From positions 1-64,000 of the forward strand of contig NIVC01003127.1 of assembly GCA_002269645.1 (NCBI GenBank): DNA of 64,000 nt. The letters run 5' to 3'. The notes under the pieces were generated by a model. It did no database searches, was not told the origin of the DNA, and saw only the letters and a list, made by a program, of their open reading frames with translations. Each line of letters opens with the position of its first letter. Position 1 is the stretch's first letter. This document shows positions 26,494 to 38,479 of the stretch, piece after piece. A program made the position numbers and the translations under genes. Source of the DNA: Macrostomum lignano. Its lineage: Eukaryota.

Positions 26494-27523
26494 ATGCATC
26501 TTGCACCTCTCACCATATCACTACTGGCTGCTATCAGCTTCGTTGAAGGCTCCGGGAGCTTCAAGAGCTCCGAGTGGCGAGCTCAGAGAGACGACCTCGC
26601 TGAGTACCCGGTTGACCGCGCGGTCCGCTCCGCAAGCCGCATCCAGTGCGCGTCTCTGGCCAGCGAGCGGCACCAAGCCGTCTCATTCTCAAGCGATGAA
26701 GGCGTCTGCCGGCTGCTGCGCTGCCGTCTGGGTCGGAGCGGCTGCAGGAAGTGCCGGAACGCTGCGAACACTGGACTGCCTCTGCTCATGGTAAGAAACT
26801 TTGTTCAACATGTGCTGCAATACCGGTACAGCTGAATATAAAATATGAAAGCGAGAACATATCATACCCGCTTATTCTTCCAAGGTGAGGCGGCTGGAAA
26901 GCCTCGGAGCGAGTTGGTGTTGGCGGACCTTCCAGCACAGAGTAGACGCGACTGTCGACTTCAACCGTGACTGGACAGACTACGTGTCCGGCTTCGGACA
27001 GGGCGAGGACAGAAACTTCTGGATGGGTCTGCAGGCGATCCACCTGCTCACTCTAGCTGGCGACAGGAGAGTAAGGTGGGAGATGAGCTCGTGGAACGGC
27101 AGCTGGTGGTGGTGGGAGAACGCCGAGCTCATTGTCGAGGACGCCAGTCAGGGATATCGAGTTACCGTCGGTGAACAGGATGTCGATCGGTCCAACGTCA
27201 TTGAGTGTCGGAAGAACGGCTGGCAGTCCATGGACAACCAAAAGTTTTCCACTAAGGACGTTGATCAAGATCGCAATTCGGGCGTCTCTTGCGCTAACCT
27301 GTATGGAAGCGGATGGTGGTTCAAGAGCTGTTTCTGCTTCAATCCAAACGGAATTTACTACAGTCCTCCGGAAGCTCTGGATTTGCCTGGATACGGCTTG
27401 GCTAACTTGGGAATCTCGTTTTCGGGTTCTGCTTCACCTGATCCCAGCATGTATCCGTTGGACTACAGACACTCCATGAAGACATTCGAGTGCCTGCTGA
27501 TGGACACTGCCCCGGAAAATTAA
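26494..27523 (+). CDS. Secreted fibrinogen-related domain (FReD) protein with an N-terminal PAN/apple-like module, 2 exons
   Basis: Exons 26494-26790 (ATG|gtaaga) and 26885-27523 (ttccaag|GTG). Signal peptide MHLAPLTISLLAAISFVEG. FReD motifs FQHRVDATVDFNRDWTDYVSGFG, FWMGL..IHLLT, KFSTKDVDQD, CA..YGSGWWFKSCFCFNPNG.Y. Confidence 0.9.
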
Positions 27524-27808
27524 AGAAATGATTTTGACGCAAAGAACACTGCTAATTTTTACCTCATTTTCAGAGCTGTAGCAGGTCTCCAATTCGATCA
27601 TAGTAAGCAATTTTCTCTTTAAACTTAGTAAAAAGAAGTTGTAGTGTGAGCATCTTTTGTGTAATTTCTGAATTCTATTAGTTAGTTCGCTTCTGTATTA
27701 TTATTGTTAATTATTGTATTTTGCTTTAATTTAGTCACGTGGTTCAATGTACTTTTTCTCTTAGTTTAGAGTTTTTTTGCGTAAACAGGGTAGAAGTCAG
27801 ACACCAAT

Positions 27809-28700
27809 TGTGACTCAGCGGAGGGTTGAGTTTTTCTGCGAACCCCGGCTTTGCGCGGCCAGCCAATCAGAACCGGCCTGGATCTTGGCACGCGGCAAAA
27901 TCCAACTCTACCCGGCACCGCGGGCACAGTCCAATTCAGCTTAGCGAGCGGCCGGCCAGACGACCACCACCCGGCTTGAGGGGGGTTGTGAGGGGTCTGA
28001 CAATGACTATATATGAAAGTGTGTTTAGCAGTCGGATCTCACTTCTCCTTTTTGGCCCTTGGTTTTGCTCAACTTCCCGGCCGTTTTGCCCTATTTTGGT
28101 TCGCGCTTTGAGGCGCTCGATTTCATCACCCCCGGTCTGTGTTTCACTCCCTGCCCGACCGCTTCAGTCTTGTAGCGTAACGATACGGCAGCGTGTCTGA
28201 AGTCGTCGCTATTAAGCGCGGTCTAGATAGAGACTGACGGATTCGATCAAGTACGTGGCCTCGACCCCGAGGGCCTCCGTGTCACACTGAAGGGCAGCGC
28301 TGATAGAACTTAGTGCTCCGCTGAACAGTCGATTTGTCAGGGCTCTCGCTGGGAGTAGGTTCTGGGTTAGGCCAGTGGTTAGGAACTTCTCCGTGGTCCT
28401 GTTCGGTTTCTTCTTCAAGCTGAGATCCGCTCGCCAGTGCGTTATCTAACTAATTAATTATTATTATCGTTATTGTTCGTATCAGTGCTCGAAATTTAAT
28501 TGCATTGCGAATTTGTATTAAGGATTGTAATCAACTTGAAGTCATTTAATTAAATCGTCTGAGTCCATTACTCATTTAGCCATTCTTACTAGGATTATCA
28601 GTCTCTAAATCTTTTCGGATCGTTTTCACCTGTGTTCTTCCTTTTCTTGTACCGTACTGTGACTATTGGAGAAAGATTGGTAGAACTCGCCGACCGGCGA
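27809..28700 (+). mobile_element. GC-rich LTR-like or promoter-like segment, unclassified
   Basis: Starts TGTGAC and contains agccaatcag and a tatatatg box in LTR-like order. No TSD, TG...CA end or partner LTR found. Confidence 0.25.
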
Positions 28701-28894
28701 TAGGCAAGTAGGCCAATAGTTTTAAAATCTCTGAACGCTCCAAAAATAGGTTTGTCTAGGGCCTAAATAATTGCTTATCGTGCATGCTATTAATTTAATT
28801 ATATTTATCACTATGTTTTGTTTTGAAAAAACTGCTCCTGTCAAAATGTCCTTTGAATCTGACGATGAAGTTATCGTCATCAATTGGTAACCCG

Positions 28895-30075
28895 ACTGCT
28901 GTCAAAATGTAACCTGACTCTGCTGTCAAAATGTAACCCGACTCTGCTGTAAAAATGTAACCCGACTCTGCTGTCAAAATGTAACCTGACTCTGCTGTCA
29001 AAATGTAACCTGACTCTGCTGTCAAAATGTAACCCGACTCTGCTGTCAAAATGTAACCCGACTCTGCTGTCAAAATGTAACCTGACTCTGCTGTCAAAAT
29101 GTAACCTGACTCTGCTGTCAAAATGTAACCCGACTCTGCTGTCCAAATGTAACCCGACTCTGCTGTCCAAATGTAACCCGACTCTGCTGTCAAAATGTAA
29201 CCTGACTCTGCTGTCAAAATGTAACCCGACTCTGCTGTCCAAATGTAACCCGACTCTGCTGTCCAAATGTAACCCGACTCTGCTGTCAAAATGTAACCCG
29301 ACTCTGCTGTCAAAATGTAACCCGACTCTGCTGTCAAAATGTAACCCGACTCTGCTGTCAAAATGTAACCCGACTCTGCTGTCAAAATGTAACCCGACTC
29401 TGCTGTCAAAATGTAACCCGACTCTGCTGTCAAAATGTAACCCGACTCTGCTGTCAAAATGTAACCCGGCTCTGCTGTCAAAATGTAACACGACTCTGCT
29501 GTCAAAATGTAACCCGACTCTGCTGTCAAAATGTAACCCGACTCTGCTGTCAAAATGTAACCCGGCTCTGCTGTCAAAATGTAACACGACTCTGCTGTCA
29601 AAATGTAACCCGACTCTGCTGTCAAAATGTAACCCGACTCTGTTGTCAAAATGTAACCCGACTTTGTTGTCAAAATGTAACCTGACTCTGTTGTCAAAAT
29701 GTAACCTGACTCTGTTGTCAAAATGTAACCTGACTCTTGTCAAAATGTAACCTGACTCTGTTGTCAAAATGTAACCTGACTCTGCTGTCAAAATGTAACC
29801 TGACTTTGTTGTCAAAATGTAACCTGACTCTGTTGACAAAATGTAACCTGACTCTGTTGTCAAAATGTAACCTGACTCTGCTGTCAAAATGTAACCCGAC
29901 TCTGCTGTCAAAATGTAACCTGACTCTGTTGTCAAAATGTAACCTGACTCTGTTGTCAAAATGTAACCTGACTCTGTTGTCAAAATGTAACCTGACTCTG
30001 TTGTCAAAATGTAACCCGACTCTGCTGTCAAAATGTAACCTGACTCTGTTGTCAAAATGTAACCCGACTCTGCCA
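28895..30075 (+). repeat. Minisatellite, 24-bp unit (ctctgctgtcaaaatgtaacccga)
   Basis: About 49 units; the source of the TAESGYIL pseudo-ORFs. Confidence 0.97.
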
Positions 30076-30359
30076 TTGAAATTTTTTATAGCGATTGGTA
30101 ATCCGACGAAATTTATATCATTTTGCTGTCAAAATGTAATCCAAATTTAACCTCACTTATGCATATCTTTGCTGATATTTCACTATGCTGTTTGCTGTCA
30201 AAATGTAACCCGACTCGTGCCTTGAATTCTTTGCTGTTTATTCACTCTGTTGTCAAAACTAAACCTTATAATTTTCCGTTTCTGTTAATATATTAATTGA
30301 AAGAAATTAACTGGTAAAAAATCACTTTCTTATTCACAAGTAGAATCATTAGTTTACCA

Positions 30360-30680
30360 TGGTAATAATAAATAATAATAATAGTAATAATTGATTAAAC
30401 CAGCCCTAATGCGCAGATACGCAACCGACAGCTCAGCCGCAGCTATTGCGCGGCGCATCTGAAGGCTGCGTACGGCTGTTCAGTCCAAGCCAAGGTCTGG
30501 GGGTGCCGCACACCCTCAATTACCGTCCCAGCTAATGCTGGCACCCATTTTATAGCTAGTTAAACTAAAGCAATGCAGAGTTAAGCGTTTTTGTCAAGGA
30601 CACAAACTGTTCCTATGGATCGGGGAATGGAACCCCCGACCTTCAATTTGTATCCATGCAATTGAGTAAGACACTTTAAC
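30360..30680 (-). mobile_element. tRNA-derived SINE, near full length
   Basis: Minus strand: ggttccattccc (B-box-like), tgtgtccttgac...ttaac, CORE-like tagctataaaatgggtgcc, 3' segment shared with 31546-31620, and an (ATT)n tail. Confidence 0.7.
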
Positions 30681-31464
30681 TCCATGCATTTGCTTCAGTT
30701 TTGGTTAAAATGGGGCGATTTTGTTGTAAAAGAAAGTATTTACTCGTAATTTTCAGTTAAAGTAGTAGAATGTAGCATTTCTGTTTTCCGAGGTACGTGC
30801 ATCACATTCTCTATAAGTTTCAACTATAGACGTAATCATGGTTGAAACTTCCATCTTCGGGGTTGAGAAATGAAAGAAAGTTTTAAATCTGATAAACTTC
30901 CAGCTTGGAAGGACTTGTCGTCTCGCGAGAATTATACAGACTCATCCAAAGAGGTTGCAGAAGCCGCAATTACACGTGGGAAAGGCAGCAAACCTACGCA
31001 GCAAACCCGGCTTCAAAATTGTGTCATTTTGGATGAACTGGAGAGTCTCGCTAAACAAACTTGAGACAGATACTCGAATATGTCAGTCAACTGCAGCCAA
31101 GAAGAAAAAGTACACGAAGGTGGATTCAACGTTAAGACATGACAGCTAGTCGAGAAGGTGACAGGCTACAAGTGTGTAGAGTTTCCGCGGAAGAAACAGA
31201 CGCAGCAGACATCTCGAAAGTGCGCTGCAAAAATTTTGGCGACAGTCGCACCTAAGGGCCTGTCAACTTAAGCTCATAAAGTAGAGTTCCTAATTATTCC
31301 ATTGTTTTTCCCCTATCCCAAGTGTCGTGTGTCACTGTGAGCAGAATGATGTGACTTAGTAGAAGTACTTAGTACTCAGAGACAGCAAACCCCCACTTGA
31401 TCTGACGCTGTCACATGGCACATGGCACAAAAGTTAGTTAGGCAATGACGTTAACGCTAGTTTC

Positions 31465-31670
31465 AGTATAGTCAGAGGTTCGATTCCCGATCCCACTGGA
31501 AAAATTTGTGTCCTTGAGCAAGACAGATTAACTTCCTCCCCCCCAGTCCTTGGACTGAACAGCCGTACGCAGCCTTCAGATGCGCCGCGCAATAGCTGAG
31601 GTGAGCTGTCGGTTGCACATCTGGCCTAATTGGGGCAGGTGTAATCAATTATACTATTAATTATAATTAA
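31465..31670 (+). mobile_element. tRNA-derived SINE, internally deleted copy of the same family
   Basis: B-box ggttcgattccc, tgtgtccttgagcaagac, then cttggactgaacagccgtacgcagccttcagatgcgccgcgcaatagctg identical in reverse complement to 30430-30490; AT-rich tail. Confidence 0.7.
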
Positions 31671-32439
31671 AGACTACTAACTACTAACCTAATGACAAGT
31701 AGCGAGATAAGAGTTTGAGAGGCGAATTAAATCTTAAAGGGCTCCTATCCCATACTATAAGACAGTCAAGCAAAAGAAACAACAAGAAAACACGTAGCCA
31801 TTCCAAATCTGCAATCCGCATAGCATGTGTGAACCATTTTCTTATACGAGGCTAAAAGTGAAACGAAATTTAATAGGCATAGTGTACACACAGTTATCAA
31901 TAACAGTTAGCTGGAAAAGCAATCGATTAATGGATTATACATTCTATACAATAATAGCTGGTGTACAAGCAACTGAGTTGCAATTCAGGAAGCCGAAAAT
32001 ATTACTGAAAATTACTCCAATTTTTATTAATCAAGAGCTTAAAATTCGCTGTGAGGAAATGTTAATTTGAATTGAATAAAAAGCAAACAATAAAATGCAA
32101 CAAAGCAAGTAGTCCGGTTCAATAAGTTAATTAACCAATTAAGAAGAAATTATCACGGGGGAAAACCAATCAAATTAGGTTCCAAAATGGCTGATGAAAA
32201 TCTTTCAATTACAGAAGCAACACATTTGTGTAAACGCTAAGCAAATTAGTCTATGCAGACAATATTGGAAATTATATTGACGCTGCGTGTTTAGGTCAAG
32301 GTCGCAGCAATGGTTAAAAGTACAGAATCACACTGTACTGTTATGGTGGACAATCTTTTGCCTGTTTATATATTATAAAGCCACTAACAACTAAACAGTT
32401 CTATGCTAACGGGTTGTCAGTGAAAGAGTTTAGGTACTA

Positions 32440-33010
32440 CGGAAGGCAGTCAATAAGAGACCACTAAAGGACCATGGAAGGCAGTCAATAAGAGACCATT
32501 AAAGGACCATGGAAAGCAGTCAATAAGAGACCATTAAAGGACCATGGAAGGCAGTCAATAAGAGACCATTAAAGGACCATGGAAGGCAGTCAATAAGAGA
32601 CCATTAAAGGACGATGGAAGGCAGTCAATAAGAGACCATTAAAGGACCATGGAAGGCAGTCAATAAGAGACCATTAAAGGACCATGGAAAGCAGTCAATA
32701 AGAGACCATTAAAGGACCATGGAAGGCAGTCAATAAGAGACCACTAAAGGACCATGGAAGGCAGTCAATAAGAGACCATTAAAGGACCATGGAAGGCAGT
32801 CAATAAGAGACCACTAAAGGACCATGGAAGGCAGTCAATAAGAGACCATTAAAGGACCATGGAAGGCAGTCAATAAGAGACCATTAAAGGACGATGGAAG
32901 GCAGTCAATAAGAGACCATTAAAGGACCATGGAAGGCAGTCAATAAGAGACCATTAAAGGACCATGGAAGGCAGTCAACAAGAGACCATTAAAGGACCAT
33001 GGAAGGCAGT
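32440..33010 (+). repeat. Minisatellite, 35-bp unit (ggaccatggaaggcagtcaataagagaccattaaa)
   Basis: About 16 units. Confidence 0.96.
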
Positions 33011-33760
33011 CTGTCAGAGACAAGGGACAATAAAAGCACTGAATAAAAACTATTTAACCATTGCTGAGACCCGTAAAGCATAAATACAAGGTCTTTTATT
33101 TATTTTCTAATAAGTAGGAGACGGAGGTTGAAAATTGACGCAATTCAAAGCTTTCTTTTTATCTCGCAGTTGCTTTCGCAAGAGCTGGGAATGTTAAACA
33201 CATTTTAATGGGTTGAGAATACAAAGCACTATTGCGCGAGAATCTCCACTCACAAGTATTGATAATAATGATGCACATCAACGCAGAAAGAAAAAACTCT
33301 TACAATTATTGAAACAGAAATTCAAAGTCGATTGTCTGCCCAAGCTATAATCGATAACGAAATTTTCAACAGAAACCTACGCAAAACAGAAGTCAAGGCA
33401 AGACAAAAGCAACTACGTATTTACTGAACTGGAAACACAAAATACTAATAATCGATAATACTGCAAAAAACTATATTAACTGATGATAGTAGTGCAATTC
33501 GTACATTCTACTGAGCAATTTGAAGCTGGAAAAGTTAATTACGCAGATGTTTATGGGCGAATTGTTGTGGCGAGTAGGGAAATCTTAAACTGTCATAAAT
33601 AAGCTCGTAGACAAATAAGATTTTAACCTTTTTATGACCTAATAAAAATAGTATTTGCAGTAAGCTGCGAACACCAGTCAGCTTAAGTATTTAAAGAAAA
33701 AAATAATTGAGAACAGATTAAAACAGGCGGTCACTGCAGCTTGCAACAATTTATTAGCTA

Positions 33761-36700
33761 CTACTCAGTACCTGTCAACTCAAAGTCCAGAGGTTGCTCA
33801 CCAATATCAATTAACAGGTGAGTGAACAATGGCTCATTAGAGGAGAACAATACCCTATATTTAACGGTATTTAATCCGTCTTTAGAGTAGCGCTGCAGGG
33901 CCGTCTTCAGCAGCGGCATCCGCCTGGACGCCTGCAACCGATAGATCCTCTGCGACGCATGCGGCAAAGCTTTGAACCTGGCAACCGACGCTGGCGGTCG
34001 TTCGTATTTCAATTTGGTGCCAATTTTCATTCGCAGCTCCATGTCGTCATCCTCCAGGCCCCAGCCCCAGTACAGATTGGAGTAGCCGTTCACCCGGAAG
34101 AAGTGCCTAGTAGTGAACGCGATGACGCCACCGACCAAAGCGGCGTACGGAAGTCTGTAGCGATTGGTGTCAACAGCCACGGCCAAGTGTCTGGGTCTGA
34201 CAGAGCCGCACAGGTACGGGTTGCGGTCGTTCTCTGGCACAATGTCAGTGTCCTGGAATGCATTTATTGGACAGTTAGATGTGAACATGGGGGAATCAAA
34301 TTGGAATCAAACAACCCCCAAGGCACAGTGAAGTGTACATGCCTAACGATAAATAAAGTTAGGGGGCCGCTGTACACTCCTGTGTGAGTGTGCGCCTGTG
34401 CGTATGACTGCGTACGTATCCGCGCGCTTGTGTGCCTGCTCAGGGGAGTCGATGGAATGGGCAGTAATGCCTCTCGCCGGCTGTGTGACAATGGTACTTT
34501 GTATAGAATCTTTACCCAGCACGCGGCCATTATTTCACACTTTTAAATTTAATTTGATTGGACGAGAGATGGGGTGGGTGAGCTAATTGGCCACTTGGAC
34601 AGAGAGTATGATATACATTGATTACGCATGGCGAGGGACAGTAAAATTGACAATCAGATAAGATAATAGGCGAGTTTATAACTTAGTCATAAACTTTTAA
34701 TTAGTTAAACAGTAGGAATACCAAGCTATTTTTCCGCCCGTCGAACTACCAAGGGGGGAATTCCCCCCCCCCGACAATTTGTTGCGCACCTTCTCAAACA
34801 AGAATCAAGTCGCCAGCCCTCCAGACCGTTGAGATATTCAACGATTTTGCCAGAAGGTCGCATTTTTCCCATAAGTGCCAGTGTATTCAGTACACCCCTG
34901 TGCGCCAATCAGCACTGCGCCTCAGTGCAGCCTTGCGAAGTCTCCAAATTTTATCAGCACATCGACCACACGTGTCTGAATCAGCTCTGCTTTCGTTGGT
35001 CACTAGCCTTCACCCAGGCAGAGCTTCTGGACCTTCAGCAGATGACACCAGGTGACTATAGACAGCCTGATGCGGATTTCTCTAGTTTCGCCAATCAAGC
35101 CTCGACAGTGGACAAGAATCAACCACCAGATATTCTCAGCAAGTCTCTCAAGCATTCCGTCATCACCCAGACATTTTGACTTACTTAGGTTAGGGTGAGA
35201 AACTTCAGACAAACATTGCATAATTGAAAGGCTAACAAAAAACCAGTCTCCAATATTAATTCAATAATGATAATAATATAGCTAATTTTAGCTCACCTGA
35301 AAGATCACGCAGGTGAAGTTATGCCTGCGCATAGCCTCCAAGAAGCCGGCGTTATTCAGACGGCCTTTGTTGAAGGCCCCGCCGCCATATTGCTCAACTA
35401 CAAAGACTCGATAGCAGCCGGACTGCTGGCGCTGCAGCATGGGGTGAAGCACCGACAGCAGGTTTCTTAGCTGGCGCCAGCGATCTCGAAACGGTATGAC
35501 AATGGCCAGGGACTGCTGGTGGCGGCACTTGGCCGAGGGGCACCAGGCTCCGCCAGGGAGTATCCGGGTGCTGTTGGTGCTGGCGATGTCTGCTGATACC
35601 TGACAGAGCATTGGGGCGCAATTGGGATTAGGAACAAGGCCCGACAACTGAGGATCTGGGATGCTGGCCCAGCAACTGAGGATCTGGAAGGCTGGCCCAG
35701 CAACTGAGGATCTGGAAGGCTGGCCCAGCAACTGAGGATATGGGAGGCTGGCCCAGCAACTGAGTATCTGGGAGACTGGCCCAGCAACTGGGGATCTTGG
35801 AGGCTGGCCCGACAACTGAGGATCTGGAAGGCTGGCCCGACAACTGGGGATCTGGGAGACTGGCCCGACAACTGAGGATCTGGGATGCTGGCCCAGCAAC
35901 TGAGGATCTGGGAGGCTGGCCCGACAACTGAGGATCTGGGAGACTGGCCCGACAACTGAGGATCTGGGATGCTGGCCCAGCAACTGAGGATCTGGGAGGC
36001 TGGCCCGACAACTGGGGATCTGGGAGACTGGCCCGACAACTGAGGATCTGGATGCTGGCCCAGCAACTGAGGATCTCGAAGGCTGGCCCAGCAACTCTGG
36101 ATCTGGGAGACTGGCCCAGCAACTGGGGATCTGGAAGGCTGGCTTAGAAACTGGGGATCTGGAAGGCTGGCCCAGCAACTGAGGATCTGGGAGACTGGCA
36201 CAGCAACTGAGGATCTGTCTGGGAGGCTGGCCCAGCAACTGAGGATCTGTCTGGGAGGCTGGCCCAGCAACTGAGGATCTGTCTGGGAGGCTGGCCCAGC
36301 AACTGACACTCTGGGAGGCTGGCCCAGCAACTGGGAATCCTAGATTTGTCAACTGTGAACATCAATAAACTAGAAGCGCACCATATCAGCAGCCTGTTGC
36401 CACGTCAGGCTTAAATTGAAGGCAACTTTCAACGGACCCCGAACTTTCGATTGACAAATTGCCAAGCCGGCTCGATCACTGTCGCTGGGCAGCTGGGAGC
36501 CGCATCGGTGTTGAGTGAGATTGGCAGCTGCAGACTGATTGTCACGGGGCAGTGAGCAGGCTAAAGCCGGGCCTGAGCCAGCCAGAACTCTGGCTTCGAA
36601 TTCATTCCAACTAGGCCGATCTTTCGACTTAGCGATGGCGTTGACCTTGTCCCATAAGAGTCTGGTGTGGCGCTGTTTAATAGCAGGCAAAGATTCCACA

Positions 36701-37026
36701 CCGTAGCCAATTGCTATACTACTGGCGCTAGTAGTGCTGCCACCGCTACTGGAAGCGCTCTGACTGCCATTCTGCGAATTCTCAATCCAAGCTGCTGAGC
36801 CTTCGATGTTGAACTTGTGCGAACTGGTTGTCGCAGTCACCATTAGCAAGATGTAGATGTATAGGCAGCAAGACAGAGACACTAGCAGGACAAGACCAAC
36901 TGGATGACAGATGAAACGACGCGCTTTCCGTAGCACCATCGTTTTAGTTTCTGGACAGACTTCAGATGGTTGCAGATTTGTACCCTGCTGTAACAAATTC
37001 CATTTGCTTTTATTCGATTGATGCAT
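33761..37026 (-). CDS. GT7-family beta-1,4-glycosyltransferase (B4GALT/BRE-4-like), 3 coding exons
   Basis: Exons 37026 (or 36939)-36382, 35599-35297 and 34252-33761 join in frame. Type II TM segment (GLVLLVSLSCCLYIYILLMV), AIVIPFRDR, FNKGRLNNAGF, DxD motif FQ|DTD across the junction, RLPY...GGV, NGYSNLYWGWGLEDDDM. Confidence 0.93.
34290..34500 (+). mobile_element. Partial copy of the SINE-like element of ATRX intron 3, in a GT7 intron
   Basis: Near-identical reverse complement of 7850-8040. Confidence 0.75.
34709..35175 (+). mobile_element. Solo, truncated arm of the foldback-like element, in a GT7 intron
   Basis: Begins cagtaggaataccaag...gaactaccaagggggg, matching the terminus at 25793, then the same internal sequence and one 150-bp subrepeat. 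Confidence 0.8.
35640..36340 (-). repeat. Minisatellite, ~28-bp unit (ccagcctcccagatcctcagttgctggg on the minus strand), in GT7 intron 1
   Basis: About 24 units; same family as CYP intron 2. Confidence 0.95.
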
Positions 37027-38282
37027 TTGTAAGCTGTTAATTGAAAAGATGGATAGCTTAGAATATGCTTAATTGTATGTGTCCTACTGCAGCAAATTAA
37101 AAAAAGTTGGTTACTTTAAGGCTCTGTGCATCGTTTGACTTTAGTCTGAATTGCCATAGGCAAGACCCAAGCAAGAGAAAGTGATTTAAATTTCTATGGC
37201 AGAGTTATTAATACATCGGATGTAGGGTTGCTTTTGTCAGTCAAGTCCTTAAGTCAGTTGGCTTGGTTTGCATTCTGTGGGAGTGCTGCTTAGACTTACA
37301 AGCTTGATTGACTTTATTGTCTATGGCCGAGTGCAGTTCCACGGTAGTGAATTCTCCACTTGATTAGTTTAATATATTCAACTTGACTTAAACGAAATGC
37401 AGGTTCACTCACACAGTTCATTAAATATTAATTAGCCACCCTTCAAACATGCCATGCTTCAAAGGACACAGTCAGTGCATTAGTGAGTTGGGTTCACCAA
37501 ATTTACTAGGGTATAAAATTTCATGGGTAATTTTATAGGAATAAATTTATTTGCATAGTGGAACTAGTTTGAGTATAGATGATACTGACCTGTAATCTTT
37601 AAAACCTCAAGTTTACACATCTCTTTATTCATCAAGTTTAAATTCGAAGAATTAAAATAAAACACTGTAACTTTAATTTCCTAAGTCAAATAAGTATAAG
37701 ATTTGTAACTATTAGTCAAAACTATTAAAAGTAAAAAATAACACAAAAAACACCAAAAATAATCTGACTTGTAAATATTTGATCTCATTGAAATAGAATA
37801 TTTAACCAAAGTTCAAAAGTTTGTTTCTTTCAAGACAACACAAATGCCTAATGTTCTGTATTTCTGTATGCCTACTCTCTCTCTCCCTTTCTCCCTCTGC
37901 CCTCATTTATATGGCAACAAAAATTACAGAGCCTCCTGGCTCCAAATAAGTTTAAATCTCAGCCACTGAATTGTTTTAATCAATGCCTTTATTGCTTATT
38001 TTATCTATTGACCCATGATATTAATGTACATTGTTGTATATTATATTCACATTTATTGTTTGTACTTGCAATATCAACTCATGCTCTTACCTTGAATACC
38101 TGCATTTCATTTTATTTAAATGCTTCAAAAAACACTCTAATATACAAAACATACTGTCAAATAAAATGACTAGTGGAAAGCCTATAGCTACTGACAACAT
38201 GTATATAGCTGCTCAGTTTTATTAGACTGACAAAAATAATACTTAAAATGAAAACTTGCATTGCATTATACCCTAATAGTTT

Positions 38283-38320
38283 GGCCTGACAAAGAGCCCA
38301 GAGGCTTGAAACCAGTAGCC
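38283..38320 (+). ncRNA. Decayed minimal type I hammerhead ribozyme motif (Penelope pLTR type)
   Basis: ggc-ctgacaa-a-gagcc(caga)ggctt-gaaac-ca-gta-gcc. Restoring three CpGs gives GGC-CUGACGA-A-GAGCC/GGCUC-GAAAC-CG-GUA-GCC. Confidence 0.6.
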
Positions 38321-38479
38321 TACTTTTAATTAAATAATTTAACATGCTGTGACCTCTCTTCTCTCTCTCTCTTTCTCTCATTTAACTATATAGAAAACTC
38401 TAATTATATACAATTAATTTAAATTAATTCCTAGATGCCCTCAACCCAAACATCTGACTTCAACTAAGCTACAGCAGCA

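Noticed and set aside
27809-28286. TGTGAC...GTCACA as a complete solo LTR
   Set aside because: No target-site duplication, no PBS or PPT, and the GC-rich sequence continues past the supposed end.
28795-30150. 308-aa and 398-aa ORFs (TAESGYIL, RVGLHFDS)
   Set aside because: Stop-free frames of a 24-bp minisatellite, with no flanking gene structure.
30870-31260. Possible LINE C-terminal relic between the two SINEs
   Set aside because: Only a vague W..L..R resemblance; frames are broken and there are no RT motifs.
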